Below, in pieces: positions 53,867 to 63,819 of a DNA stretch of 64,000 bases (position 1 is the stretch's first letter; each line of letters opens with the position of its first letter). The notes beneath the pieces were generated by a model. That model was not told the origin of the DNA. It saw nothing but the letters and a program-made list of their open reading frames with translations, and made no database searches. Source of the stretch: a bacterium (GTDB lineage Bacteria; Actinomycetota; Acidimicrobiia; Spongiisociales; JAENVV01); contig JAHEFX010000001.1 in NCBI GenBank assembly GCA_024639975.1, positions 1,460 through 65,459 of the forward strand, written 5' to 3'. Both the position numbers and the translations under genes were made by a program.

Positions 53867-54874
53867 ATGGAGCAACTCGACGAGCTGGAAGCTCGCTACG
53901 AGCGCATCGAAGCAGCAGAGCGGCTGCTTCACGCCGAGAAGCTGAGGCTGGTCGCCGAGCTCGACGCCCGGCAGGCCAACCTCACGGACGGCGCCCGCTC
54001 CATGACCGAGTGGATCGCCCGTCGGTCCGACATGCACCCGACCCGGGCCCGACGCCTCGTCCGGGCGGCGCGTGCCGCCGAGGCCCCCCTCCTCGCGGAG
54101 CTGGCCGACGGGCGCCTCTCGGTCGATCGGGCCGATGCCTATGCCGAGGCACAGGCGCGCGGGGTCGACCTCGCCGGGCTCGACCTCCACGACATCTCCG
54201 GCGCCTGGCGACGAATCCGGCGGTCCTCGCCGGCTGATCGCCGTCCCGACGATCGGCATCTCGCCATCCAGCCGTCCTTCGATCGGACCGGCTGGAAGGT
54301 CTGGGGCCGGCTCGATGCGGCCGAGGGCTCGATCGTCGCCGACGCACTCTCCAGGGAGGCCGACCGCATCGAGCAAGGCATACCGGCCGAGCATCGGTCC
54401 TCCCGGTCCGACCGGATGGCCGACGCGCTCGTCACCCTGGCGCTCGGCGAAGCCGACTACTCACCGACGGTCGCCGTGCACCTCGACGAGGCCAACGCGC
54501 CGGCCGAGGTCGACGGCGTGGACTCCCAACTCGGGGAGCTGGCCCATGCCCTGTGCGTCGGATCGGTCACGGTCGACCGCATCGAGCGAGGGCGACCGAT
54601 GAGCTACGGCACGGACACGAAGCAGGTCCCGCCCCGCCTCAGGCGCTTCATCGCATATCGGGACGGCTTCGCGTGCACGATCGACGGCTGCACGTCGACC
54701 TACCGACTCGAACCCCACCACATCATCCACGCCGGACGTCACGGTCCGACCGACCCCGAGAACCTCACGTCGATCTGTTGGTTCCACCACCACGAAGTGA
54801 TCCACAACCGGGGGTTCGGGATCGATCCCGACTCGCCCGCCCAGCGACGTCGGTTGATTCCTCCCGAACACTGA
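53867..54874 (+). CDS. DUF222 + HNH-endonuclease domain protein (actinobacterial REP13E12-like family)
   Basis: N-terminal DUF222-like helical region (…RLLHAEKLRLVAELDARQ…). C-terminal HNH motif CTIDGCTSTYRLEPHHIIHAGRHGPTDPENLTSICWFHHHEVIHN. Confidence 0.7.
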   Translation: MEQLDELEARYERIEAAERLLHAEKLRLVAELDARQANLTDGARSMTEWIARRSDMHPTRARRLVRAARAAEAPLLAELADGRLSVDRADAYAEAQARGVDLAGLDLHDISGAWRRIRRSSPADRRPDDRHLAIQPSFDRTGWKVWGRLDAAEGSIVADALSREADRIEQGIPAEHRSSRSDRMADALVTLALGEADYSPTVAVHLDEANAPAEVDGVDSQLGELAHALCVGSVTVDRIERGRPMSYGTDTKQVPPRLRRFIAYRDGFACTIDGCTSTYRLEPHHIIHAGRHGPTDPENLTSICWFHHHEVIHNRGFGIDPDSPAQRRRLIPPEH

Positions 54875-54932
54875 ACACCCCGCTCCGACCTCCCACCCCG
54901 ACTCGGTCGGGGTCAGAGGAGTGTCCGCGCTG

Positions 54933-56162
54933 TCACGGCCGCTCCAGGAAGAACGTCTCGGCCTCGCCGAATGACTTCACATCGATCATCTCGCGGGGAA
55001 CGAACCGGTAGGGCCCGGTGACCGCCTCCTTGAACCGGCCGGTGACCTGGACGCGTCCGGGGACGCCATGGGATTCCATGCGGCTCGCCAGGTTCACGGC
55101 CTCCCCCCATACGTCGTAGGCGAACTTCGTCTTCCCGACGACCGCTGCGATGACGGGTCCGGTGTCGAGGCCGATGCGCAAGTCGACCTCGAACTCACCG
55201 AACGGCATCCCTCGGATCTGCTCCATGAAGCGGAGTGCGGCTTCGGCGGCGGCGTCGGCGTGGTCGTGGGTGGCGACTGGAGCGCCCCCGACGAGCTGGT
55301 ACCCGTCGCCGATCGTCTTCAGCTTCTCGAGGCCGAGGTCGGACGCGATGTCGTCCATGGCCGAGAAGATGGAATCGAGGTCCTCGACGACTTCGACTGC
55401 ATCGGTGTCCCGAGACATGGTCGTGAACCCGACGATGTCGGCGAAGAGCACCGAGACCGCGGGGAGCCGATCGGCGATCGTCCGCTCCCCGTCCTTCAGT
55501 CGGTCAGCGATAGAGCTCGGGAGGATGTTGAGGAGGAGCTGATCCGACCGAGCGCGTGCCGCTTCCACGGCCCCCTGCATTCGCCTTCGCTCGGCCGTGA
55601 ACCACGCCAAACCGGCGAACACCGAGGCCGCGGTGCCCGCCAGATTGGCCGTGAAGAAGGCGAGCGAGACCATGGGGTCGAGGGGCTCGATCGCCCCCTG
55701 GAGGAACTGGTCCACCAGGGCGGATACCAAGAGCAGGGCCAAGAAGGCCCCGAACATGAGTCGGTGCCGGAACCCGAATGCGACTGCCAAGGCGGCGGGG
55801 ACGACGGCCCAGACCGCGACCGTGCCCGAAGATGCGAATCCACCGAGCACCCACTGGAGCATGAAGGGGAGCGGGAGTAGCAGGGTGATCTGTGCTGCCT
55901 TGAATCCGGCGAAGGACTTGGTGCGGTTGAGCCGCAGCGAGGTGAACAGCGTGACGACGGCATAGGCGCCGGGTATCAGTGCCGCCCACGGCCGCCCGAT
56001 CACCAGGTACGAGACCGACCAGAGGAAGGCAAGGAAACCGACCGCTACCGCGACCAGCGTCAGCACCTGACGTTCGAGGGTCTCCTCCGGCGGACAGTCG
56101 TCCTCGACGCCGATGCGCGACAAACGGTCGAGGACCCGCGGGAGCCGGTCGATGCTGAGCAC
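54933..56162 (-). CDS. Membrane-anchored class III adenylate/guanylate cyclase (6-TM N-terminal domain + CYC domain)
   Basis: CYC domain SVLFADIVGFTTMS…KTIGDGYQLVGGAP…LRIGLDTGPVIAAVVG…YDVWGEAVNLASRME, preceded by ~6 predicted TM helices. Confidence 0.7.
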   Translation of the reverse strand: MLSIDRLPRVLDRLSRIGVEDDCPPEETLERQVLTLVAVAVGFLAFLWSVSYLVIGRPWAALIPGAYAVVTLFTSLRLNRTKSFAGFKAAQITLLLPLPFMLQWVLGGFASSGTVAVWAVVPAALAVAFGFRHRLMFGAFLALLLVSALVDQFLQGAIEPLDPMVSLAFFTANLAGTAASVFAGLAWFTAERRRMQGAVEAARARSDQLLLNILPSSIADRLKDGERTIADRLPAVSVLFADIVGFTTMSRDTDAVEVVEDLDSIFSAMDDIASDLGLEKLKTIGDGYQLVGGAPVATHDHADAAAEAALRFMEQIRGMPFGEFEVDLRIGLDTGPVIAAVVGKTKFAYDVWGEAVNLASRMESHGVPGRVQVTGRFKEAVTGPYRFVPREMIDVKSFGEAETFFLERP

Positions 56163-56221
56163 GACCGACGACTCTACGGCTTGGAGGCGGTGGTCTGGGA
56201 CCCCGTTCTAGGCTCGCCCCC

Positions 56222-57097
56222 ATGTACGCCACCCTCCTCGACGGCAAGGCCGTCGCCACCGCCACCAAGGAAGCCCTCGGCCCCCGGATCGCGGCCCTGG
56301 CCGAGCGTGGTGTCACTCCCGGCCTCGCCACGATCCTCGTCGGTGACGATCCGGCCTCGGAGGTCTACGTCGCCAGCAAGCGGCGCACCGCTACCTCGCT
56401 CGGCATCGTCGACGTCCACCACCACTTGTCGGCAGATGTCACGCAGGACCAGCTCGATGGGCTCATCGAACAGCTCAACGACGACCCGGCCGTCCACGGG
56501 ATCCTCCTGCAGCTCCCCCTACCGGAGGGCCTCGATGGCGAGGAGGCGGTCCGCCGTATCGACCCGGCCAAGGACGCCGACGGCCTCCATCCGGAGAACC
56601 TCGGCCGGCTCATCCTCGACCAGCCGGGGCCGACGCCCTGCACGCCGACCGGGGTCCTGCGGATCCTCGACCACTACGAGGTCCCCACGGAGGGTCGACG
56701 GGTCGTCGTCGTCGGCCGGTCATTCCTCGTCGGCCGCCCCATCTCCGTGATGCTGTCCAGCAAGGCCCGCAACGCGACCGTCACCCTCGCCCATTCCCGG
56801 ACCGAGGATCTACCCGCGCTGTGCCGGGAGGCCGACATCATCATCGCCGCCGTCGGTCAACCCCAGCTCATCGGCTTGGACTGGGTCTCCGACGGGGCCA
56901 CGGTCATCGACGTGGGCATCAACCGCACGGACGATGGCCTGGTCGGCGACGTCGATTTCGCCGTCGTCTCCGAGCGGGCCGGAGCCATCACGCCGGTCCC
57001 CGGTGGGGTCGGTCCGATGACGATCGCCATGCTCATGGAGAACACCGTCGCACTCGCCGAGGCGTCGGCCTACGTTGCCGCCCGCCGTCGGGCATAA
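56222..57097 (+). CDS. folD: Bifunctional methylenetetrahydrofolate dehydrogenase / methenyl-THF cyclohydrolase
   Basis: LLDGKAVA start, LQLPLP, VVVVGRSFLVGRPIS, and the PVPGGVGPMT motif. 291 aa. Confidence 0.9.
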   Translation: MYATLLDGKAVATATKEALGPRIAALAERGVTPGLATILVGDDPASEVYVASKRRTATSLGIVDVHHHLSADVTQDQLDGLIEQLNDDPAVHGILLQLPLPEGLDGEEAVRRIDPAKDADGLHPENLGRLILDQPGPTPCTPTGVLRILDHYEVPTEGRRVVVVGRSFLVGRPISVMLSSKARNATVTLAHSRTEDLPALCREADIIIAAVGQPQLIGLDWVSDGATVIDVGINRTDDGLVGDVDFAVVSERAGAITPVPGGVGPMTIAMLMENTVALAEASAYVAARRRA

Positions 57098-57130
57098 TCG
57101 GCCACCCCACACGACTTCAGGAGTTCCGCC

Positions 57131-58333
57131 ATGGCCACCGCCATCACGATGGGCCCCGACGGCCTCAACGTCCCCACCGACCCGATCATCCCCTTCATCG
57201 AGGGTGACGGGATCGGCCCGGACATCTGGGCTGCCGCCGTCCGCGTGTTCGATGCGTCGGTCGAGAAGGCATACGGCGGCGAGCGGAAGATCCATTGGAC
57301 CGAGGTCCTCGCCGGTGAGAAGGCGTTCAACGAGACCGGTGACTGGCTCCCCAAGGCCACCGTCGACTCCTTCGCCGAGTACCTCATCGGTATCAAGGGT
57401 CCCCTCACGACCCCCGTGGGTGGCGGCATTCGCAGCCTGAACGTCGCCCTTCGCCAGGAGCTCGACCTCTATGTCTGCCTGCGTCCCGTGCGCTGGTTCG
57501 AGGGCGTCCCGTCACCGGTGAAGAACCCCGGTGCCGTCGACATGGTGATCTTCCGGGAGAACACCGAGGACGTGTACGCCGGCAAGGAGCTCGAAGAGGG
57601 CACCGCCGGTGCCGCCAAGCTTCTCGAGTTCGTGAAGGCCGAGTTCGGTTGGGACATACGCGAGGACTCCGGTATCGGCATCAAGCCCATCTCCGTGACC
57701 GGCTCCAAGCGCCTCATCCGCGCCGCCATCGAGTACGCGCTCGCCAACGGCCGCAAGAGCGTCACGCTCGTGCACAAGGGCAACATCATGAAGTTCACCG
57801 AGGGCGCCTTCCGCACCTGGGGCTACGAGCTCGTCAAGGACGAGTACGCCGACGTCGCCGTCTCGTGGGAGGACTCGGGCGGTGACGCCGGCGACAAGCT
57901 CCTCGTCCAGGACGTCATCGCCGACGCGATGCTCCAGCAGGTGCTCACCCGACCGGCCAACTACGACGTCATCGCCACGATGAACCTCAACGGCGACTAC
58001 ATCTCGGATGCCCTCGCCGCCCAGGTCGGCGGTATCGGAATCGCACCCGGCGGGAACATCAACTACGAGACCGGTGTGGCGGTCTTCGAGGCCACCCACG
58101 GGACGGCGCCGAAGTACGCCGGACAGGACAAGGTCAATCCCGGCTCGGTGATCCTCTCCGGTGAGTTGATGCTCCGCCACATGGGCTGGGATGAAGCTGC
58201 GGACCTCATCGTGAAGGGGCTCGAGGCCGCCATCGGCGACAAGATCGTCACCTACGACTTCGCCCGTCTGACCGAGGGTGCCACCGAGGTCCGGACGAGT
58301 GAGTTCGCCGATGCCATGATCGAGAGGATGTAG
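57131..58333 (+). CDS. icd: NADP-dependent isocitrate dehydrogenase (dimeric, ~400 aa type)
   Basis: [13 protein letters not shown] and [25 protein letters not shown] motifs of the isocitrate/isopropylmalate dehydrogenase family. Confidence 0.9.
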   Translation: MATAITMGPDGLNVPTDPIIPFIEGDGIGPDIWAAAVRVFDASVEKAYGGERKIHWTEVLAGEKAFNETGDWLPKATVDSFAEYLIGIKGPLTTPVGGGIRSLNVALRQELDLYVCLRPVRWFEGVPSPVKNPGAVDMVIFRENTEDVYAGKELEEGTAGAAKLLEFVKAEFGWDIREDSGIGIKPISVTGSKRLIRAAIEYALANGRKSVTLVHKGNIMKFTEGAFRTWGYELVKDEYADVAVSWEDSGGDAGDKLLVQDVIADAMLQQVLTRPANYDVIATMNLNGDYISDALAAQVGGIGIAPGGNINYETGVAVFEATHGTAPKYAGQDKVNPGSVILSGELMLRHMGWDEAADLIVKGLEAAIGDKIVTYDFARLTEGATEVRTSEFADAMIERM

Positions 58334-58373
58334 CACGGAGGAGCAACGCTCCGGGTCCCGATCCGGGCTCCTC

Positions 58374-59477
58374 GTGCTCGTCCTCCTGGTCCTCGTCGCG
58401 GGGATCGCGTGGACCGTCGGCGCCACCGATGGTGAGGCCGATCCTGTCGCGGGCTCGACGACCTCCTCCGTCCCTGCGCAGGCGGAGCTGCCGTCCGCGG
58501 GCGTGGTCGTCGTGCCGCCGGGCGGTGTTGCCATCAACGACTCCCCGGCTGGGGCCGTCCTCCAAACGGTCGGTGCGGGCCTGGTCCTCCCGTATGCCGT
58601 CGTCGACGACGAGTGGCTGGAGGTCACGACCACCTGTGACGAACCGGCGTGGCTTCGCGCCGACGACGTCGACGTCTCCGGACAAGCCGACCCCGGAGTG
58701 GCCGGGCCGGGATTCGACCTGGCGTCGGCGGTGGTCGTCATCGACCCGGGCCATGGCGGGCCGTGGCCCGGCGCCGTCGGTCCGACCGGACTGTCCGAGA
58801 AGATCCCGAACCTCGACATCGCCGACCGGGTTCGCGCCCTGCTCGGCACCGGTCACGACATCGACTGGTCCACGGGGGAGATAGCCCTCGGCGGGACCTA
58901 CCCCCCGGTGGCTTCGGTCTTCATGACCCGTGACCCCGATGCCGTCGAGAACGGTGACTTCGAGGCGAAGCTCGGGTACCGGGCGGCCGTCGCCGACGCC
59001 GCCGGTGCGGATGCCCTCGTCTCGATCCACAACAACACGGTTCCCAAGGGCTCCCGCTCATCCCCGGGTACCCAGGTCTTCCACTCCGTCGGGGCCGCCG
59101 GCTCCGATCGGCTCGGGACCCTCCTGCACCAAGAGGTCCATGACGCCCTGGCCGTCTTCGATGTCGCCTGGTCCGGCCTCGCCGATCTCGGAGCCAGGGG
59201 CTACACCGACGCCCAGGGAGGCGACTACTTCACGGTCCTCTCGGGAGGCACCCCTGCGGCCATCGTCGAGGGGATGTACCTCAGCGAACCGGAGGAGGAG
59301 GCCCTCCTCAGGGAGCCGTCGGTTCGGCAGGCGTATGCCGAAGGCGTCTACCGGGGATTGGTCCGGTTCCTGACAACGAACGACTGGGGGACCGACCCGC
59401 TCCCAACCATCCCGTGGCCCGGGGCGAGCCCGGGTTCACCGTCGGCCGACGGCTGCGTGGTCCCGTCGGCCGGTTAG
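58374..59477 (+). CDS. Membrane-anchored N-acetylmuramoyl-L-alanine amidase (Amidase_3 family) with N-terminal extracytoplasmic domain
   Basis: GTG start and signal anchor LVLLVLVAGIAW. Amidase_3 core VVIDPGHGG…ADALVSIHNN…SVLVELGYLSN-like (…AAIVEGMYLSEPEEEAL…). Confidence 0.7.
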   Translation: MLVLLVLVAGIAWTVGATDGEADPVAGSTTSSVPAQAELPSAGVVVVPPGGVAINDSPAGAVLQTVGAGLVLPYAVVDDEWLEVTTTCDEPAWLRADDVDVSGQADPGVAGPGFDLASAVVVIDPGHGGPWPGAVGPTGLSEKIPNLDIADRVRALLGTGHDIDWSTGEIALGGTYPPVASVFMTRDPDAVENGDFEAKLGYRAAVADAAGADALVSIHNNTVPKGSRSSPGTQVFHSVGAAGSDRLGTLLHQEVHDALAVFDVAWSGLADLGARGYTDAQGGDYFTVLSGGTPAAIVEGMYLSEPEEEALLREPSVRQAYAEGVYRGLVRFLTTNDWGTDPLPTIPWPGASPGSPSADGCVVPSAG

Positions 59478-59493
59478 TCCGGCGCCGGGCCGG

Positions 59494-60606
59494 TCAGAGG
59501 TTGCCGCGAGCCGCCTGATCCCGCTCGATCGCCTCGAACAGCGCCTTGAAGTTGCCCTCGCCGAAACCCATCGCGCCGCGACGCTCGATGAACTCGTAGA
59601 AGAACGTCGGTCGGTCCTGCATCATCCGCGTGAATATCTGCAGCAGGATCCCGCCATCGTCCTCGTCGATGAGGATGCCGAGCTCGCGCAGTCGCTCGAT
59701 TTCTATGTCGGCCGGGACGGCCGAGATTCGATCCGGGATCTCGGCGTAGTAGCTGTCCGGGACGCTCATCAGCCCCATCCCGCGCCGGCGGGCCTCGGCG
59801 ACGGTCTCCACCAGGCTCTCGGTCGTGATGGCGATGTGCTGGACGCCTGAGCCGCCGTAGAAGTCGAGGTACTCCTCGATCTGGCTCTTCTTGCGTCCGG
59901 TGGCCGGCTCGTTGATCGGCAGGCGTATGACGCCCTCGCCGTCCCAGACGACCTTCGACATCAGCGCCGAGTACTCGGTCGAGATGGCCTCGTCGTCGAA
60001 GTGGCGGAGGAGGACGAAGCCGAAGACCTGCTCGTAGAACTCCACCCACTCGTCCATCGCGCCGAGCTCGACATTCGCGACCACGTGGTCGATGTGGCCG
60101 AGGCCGATCGGCTGGGCGAGGGAGTCGTTGCGGACGCGGAAGTCCGGCGGCGGCCAGACCAACGCCTCGTCCTCGACGAGGGAGTGGATCGTGTCGCCGT
60201 AGGCATGGATCGCGGCCACGGACCAATTGCCGTGGTCGCCCTGCAGCGCTTGAAGGGGTGCTGCCTCCTTCGCCCCCCGGCTGGTCGCCATTTCGAGGGC
60301 TTTGGCGGCATCGGGGACGTGTATGGCGACATCCCGGACGCCGGGGCCGTGACGACGGACATGGTCGTTGATCTCGTGGTCCGGTTCGAGCGCGCTGGTG
60401 AAGAGCAGGCGCACGTCGCCTTGCCGGAGGGCGTAGGTGGCGGTCTCCGACGTACCGGTTTCCGGTCCCCGGTAGCCGGCGATCTCGTAGCCGTGGATCG
60501 CCCGGTAGTAGTGGGCGGACTGGTAGGCGTTGGCCACCCAGAACTCGATGTGGTGGAAGCCCTTGATCGGGAAGTCGTTCTTGTGGGCTTCGATTGCGTC
60601 GGTCAT
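59494..60606 (-). CDS. hppD: 4-hydroxyphenylpyruvate dioxygenase
   Basis: Two VOC/glyoxalase modules (GFHHIEFWV…; GLGHIDHVVANV…). Iron ligands in HIAITTE and the C-terminal FFYEFIER…FGEGNFKALFE tail typical of HPPD. Confidence 0.85.
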   Translation of the reverse strand: MTDAIEAHKNDFPIKGFHHIEFWVANAYQSAHYYRAIHGYEIAGYRGPETGTSETATYALRQGDVRLLFTSALEPDHEINDHVRRHGPGVRDVAIHVPDAAKALEMATSRGAKEAAPLQALQGDHGNWSVAAIHAYGDTIHSLVEDEALVWPPPDFRVRNDSLAQPIGLGHIDHVVANVELGAMDEWVEFYEQVFGFVLLRHFDDEAISTEYSALMSKVVWDGEGVIRLPINEPATGRKKSQIEEYLDFYGGSGVQHIAITTESLVETVAEARRRGMGLMSVPDSYYAEIPDRISAVPADIEIERLRELGILIDEDDGGILLQIFTRMMQDRPTFFYEFIERRGAMGFGEGNFKALFEAIERDQAARGNL

Positions 60607-61823
60607 GGTGTTCCTCCCGGTGCCGGCCGCACCGTGGCGGTGCAGCGTCCGAACTCGATGTGGTGGACGCCGTCGGATGCAGCGCCTCGAAGTGTGACCG
60701 TGTCCCCGTCCTCGACCCAACTCCGCTCGGCATCGCCGACCGTGATCGGACGGGTGCCATCCCGGGTCATCTCCAACAGGCTGCCGTGACCGTCCGGCCC
60801 CGGACCGCTGATCGTCCCCGAGCCAAGCAGGTCACCCGTCCGGAGGGTCGCCCCGTTGGCGGTCAGGTGGGCGATCTGCTGGGCGACCGTCCAGTACAGG
60901 TCGGCGAAAGAGACCTTGGTCACCGGTGTGCCGTTGATCTCGGCTGTGAGGTCGATCGACCAGGTCGGGCCCGCCGGCTGCAGGTGTGGCAGTGGCGCGG
61001 GGTCTTGCGAGGGTGCTGGTCGCTCGAAGGGGGTGAGGGCTTCGAGCGGCACCACCCAGGGACTGATCGTGGTGGCGAACGACTTGCCGGCGAACGGTCC
61101 GAGTGGCTGGTACTCCCAAGCCTGGATGTCCCTGGCCGACCAGTCATTGAGCAGCACGAGGCCGGCCACGTGGCCCAGCGCCGCGGAGATCGGGACCGGG
61201 CCCTGAGCGGGCCTGCCGATGACGGCGCCGACCTCCAGCTCGAAGTCGAGCTTCCGGGTGGGACCGAAGTCCACGGTCCCACCCGTGGTGAACTGCCCCT
61301 CTGGTCGGGTGACCGGCGTCCCGGACACGGCGACCGTGCCCGACCGGCCGTGGTAGGCGATGGGAAGGTGCTTCCACGCAACCGGCAGGGCATCGCCATC
61401 CGGACGGAAGAGGCGACCGACATTCGTGGCGTGGACCAAGGATGAGTAGAAGTCGACGTAGTCGGCAACCCCGAACGGGAGTCGCAGGTCGATTTCGGCC
61501 ACCGGGCGCACTGCCCCGGCGAGCGGCCTTTGGAGGCTCGGTTCGGTGAGCAGGCGCGCCACCTTCTCGCGGACAGCAGGAAGGATCGGCAGCACGGCGT
61601 CCAGGGAATCCCGGGTGGCCGCCTTCGGGAGGTCGATGTGACCTGCCTTGCGCACGGCGTCGAGGTCGAGGACGTGGTCGCCGATGGCAACCACGACGTG
61701 GGGCCGGCCGCCATCGACGGAGCCCGCGCCGAACGGGAGGTGGTCGAGGCCGAACCCCGACCCCGGTGGCACCGGTATCCACGAGTTTGGCGGCGTGGTC
61801 AGCGGCCCTCCAACCAGGTCCAT
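60603..61823 (-). CDS. fahA: Fumarylacetoacetase (fumarylacetoacetate hydrolase)
   Basis: N-terminal FAH_N domain (SWIPV…LPFGAGS) and C-terminal FAH fold (…DFELEVGAVIG…GDLLGSGTISG…). 4-bp overlap with hppD. ~25-bp overlap with hmgA. Confidence 0.85.
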   Translation of the reverse strand: MDLVGGPLTTPPNSWIPVPPGSGFGLDHLPFGAGSVDGGRPHVVVAIGDHVLDLDAVRKAGHIDLPKAATRDSLDAVLPILPAVREKVARLLTEPSLQRPLAGAVRPVAEIDLRLPFGVADYVDFYSSLVHATNVGRLFRPDGDALPVAWKHLPIAYHGRSGTVAVSGTPVTRPEGQFTTGGTVDFGPTRKLDFELEVGAVIGRPAQGPVPISAALGHVAGLVLLNDWSARDIQAWEYQPLGPFAGKSFATTISPWVVPLEALTPFERPAPSQDPAPLPHLQPAGPTWSIDLTAEINGTPVTKVSFADLYWTVAQQIAHLTANGATLRTGDLLGSGTISGPGPDGHGSLLEMTRDGTRPITVGDAERSWVEDGDTVTLRGAASDGVHHIEFGRCTATVRPAPGGTP

Positions 61824-62962
61824 GCGTACGCCTCGTCCTCGGAGTCCCGGGCACCGGGCCCGAGCTCGAGGGGACGGAACGTGTCGATCATGACGGCGTA
61901 CTCCTCGGTCCCCTTGGCGCCGATGGTTGCCTCCACCGAGCCGGGTTGGGGGCCGTGGGTGTGGCCGCCCGGGTGCAGGGAGACCGACCCGGCCTCGATA
62001 CCGGAGCCCTTGCGGCTCATGAAGTTGCCCTCCACGTAGAAGAGCACCTCGTCGGAGTCGACGTTCGAGTGGTTGTAGGGGGCCGGAATGGCTTCGGGGT
62101 GGTAGTCGAAGAGCCGCGGCACGAACGAGCAGACCACGAGGTTCGGCGCCTCGAAGGTCTGGTGGACCGGCGGCGGTTGGTGGATCCTCCCGGTGATCGG
62201 TTCGAAGTCGCGGATGCTCAGGGCCCAGGGGTAGAGGCAGCCGTCCCAGCCGACCACGTCGAACGGGTGGTTGGCATAGACGTACCGGCTCACGCCCGAG
62301 CGGGTGCGGACCAGGACGTCAACCTCGGTGTCGTCGGCGAGCAGCGGCTCGGACGGGGCGCGGATGTCACGCTCGCAGTAGGGGGCGTGCTCGAGGAGCT
62401 GGCCGTTGCGCGAGAGGTATCGCCTGGGCGGGCCGATGTGGGCCCTCGTCTCGAGGATGAGCATCCGTACCGTCTCACCCTTGTCGACCACCCACCGATG
62501 GATGGTGGACGCTGGGACGATGACGTAGTCGCCGGGCCCGACGTCGAGGGCGCCGAAGGTCGACTCGAGTCGGGCGGACCCGGACTCGACGAAGACCATC
62601 TCGTCGCCCATGGCGTTCTTGGTCAGCGGACTCGTCTCGCCCACGGCTGCGTACGAGATCCTGCAGTCCTCATTCAGCATCATGAGGTGGCGACCCGAGA
62701 CCGCGTCGCCACCGGTCTTCAGCTCATGGGTCCTGAAGTGTCGGGGGAGGAGCGGGTGGTTGGGGGTCGACTCCTGGACCTCGGAGTCCACCGGTTCGAT
62801 CGCGACGAGCTCCGTCGGGAGGTGTCGGTGGTAGAGGAGCGCCGAGTCGTAGTTGAACCCCTCCTCGCCCATCAACTCCTCGGCGTAGAGCGAGCCGTCC
62901 GGCTGGCGGAACTGGGTGTGGCGTTTGCGGGGGACCTCCCCGACCTGTCGGTAGTGCGGCAT
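61799..62962 (-). CDS. hmgA: Homogentisate 1,2-dioxygenase
   Basis: Cupin-like HGD fold with …FVPRLFDYHPEAIPAPYNHSNVDSDEVLFYVEGNF… and Fe-ligand region SLHPGGHTHGPQPG. Confidence 0.9.
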   Translation of the reverse strand: MPHYRQVGEVPRKRHTQFRQPDGSLYAEELMGEEGFNYDSALLYHRHLPTELVAIEPVDSEVQESTPNHPLLPRHFRTHELKTGGDAVSGRHLMMLNEDCRISYAAVGETSPLTKNAMGDEMVFVESGSARLESTFGALDVGPGDYVIVPASTIHRWVVDKGETVRMLILETRAHIGPPRRYLSRNGQLLEHAPYCERDIRAPSEPLLADDTEVDVLVRTRSGVSRYVYANHPFDVVGWDGCLYPWALSIRDFEPITGRIHQPPPVHQTFEAPNLVVCSFVPRLFDYHPEAIPAPYNHSNVDSDEVLFYVEGNFMSRKGSGIEAGSVSLHPGGHTHGPQPGSVEATIGAKGTEEYAVMIDTFRPLELGPGARDSEDEAYAWTWLEGR

Positions 62963-62965
62963 CGG

Positions 62966-63718
62966 TCAGCCTTTCGAGCGGATCTGGCCGAGGTGCGCCT
63001 TCGAGACCTCGGCGGCGGCGCGGCGGACGGAGCGGGCTACGGCCCGCTCGTCAGGGAAACGGTTCGATGGGGTGACGATGCCCAAGGACGCGATGGGGCG
63101 GCCGTCGATCCCGCGGATGGGGGCTGCCAGGCCCGACGCCCCCTGCTCGAGTTCGTCGTGGGAGACGAGGTAGCCGAGCTCCTCGAGGCGGAACAGCTGG
63201 GGACCGAGCTTCTCGGGATCGAGCCCGATCGCCTTCATCTCGGCGGGCCTCATGCCGAGGAGCAGGCATCGCCCATGGGCGGTCCTGGCCACCGAATGGG
63301 CCTGACCCGGGCGGTAGTGGATGCGGACCATCCGCTCGGGAGCCGTGACCTGTTCGATGGGCACGGCCTGGTCGCCTTGGCGGATGGTGAGGACGGCGGT
63401 TTCGCCGAACTCACGAACGAGCTCGGCCAACGCCGGACGGGCGTCGGCCCGAAGGTCGGGTTCGAGTCCTGCGGCGAGCTCGACGAGGCCGGCTCCGAGC
63501 CGGTACTGCATGCCGTTGCGGCGAATGAGCCCGTGGGGTTCGAGGGTCGCGAGAACTCGGAGGACGGCTTGTCGCGACATCTCGGTGCGTCTGGAGAGCT
63601 CGGTCGCCGAGCCCGGCCCACCATGGCGAACCTCGAACAGCAGGCGGATTGCCTGGTCGACGGTTTTGGAGGATTCGGCCACGCAGCGAGCGTATCGGAA
63701 AGTGTCCGGAGAAGACAC
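62966..63718 (-). CDS. IclR-family transcriptional regulator (likely regulator of the hmgA-fahA-hppD operon)
   Basis: N-terminal wHTH (…AIRLLFEVRHGGPGSATELSRRTEMSRQAVLRVLATLEPHGLI…) and C-terminal IclR effector domain. Confidence 0.8.
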   Translation of the reverse strand: MSSPDTFRYARCVAESSKTVDQAIRLLFEVRHGGPGSATELSRRTEMSRQAVLRVLATLEPHGLIRRNGMQYRLGAGLVELAAGLEPDLRADARPALAELVREFGETAVLTIRQGDQAVPIEQVTAPERMVRIHYRPGQAHSVARTAHGRCLLLGMRPAEMKAIGLDPEKLGPQLFRLEELGYLVSHDELEQGASGLAAPIRGIDGRPIASLGIVTPSNRFPDERAVARSVRRAAAEVSKAHLGQIRSKG

Positions 63719-63819
63719 TCCACTGTCCGGAAGATGGACAGGTCAACTGATCCGGCTCGTCCCTAGGCACGGCTCACCCCCGGCGCGATAATCGGGGGTA
63801 CGGATCGGAGGAAGGGTCC

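Noticed and set aside
53867-54874. Calling the DUF222-HNH gene an intact mobile element
   Set aside because: No terminal inverted repeats, target-site duplication, transposase or integrase are detectable around it. It is kept as a CDS with a finding instead.
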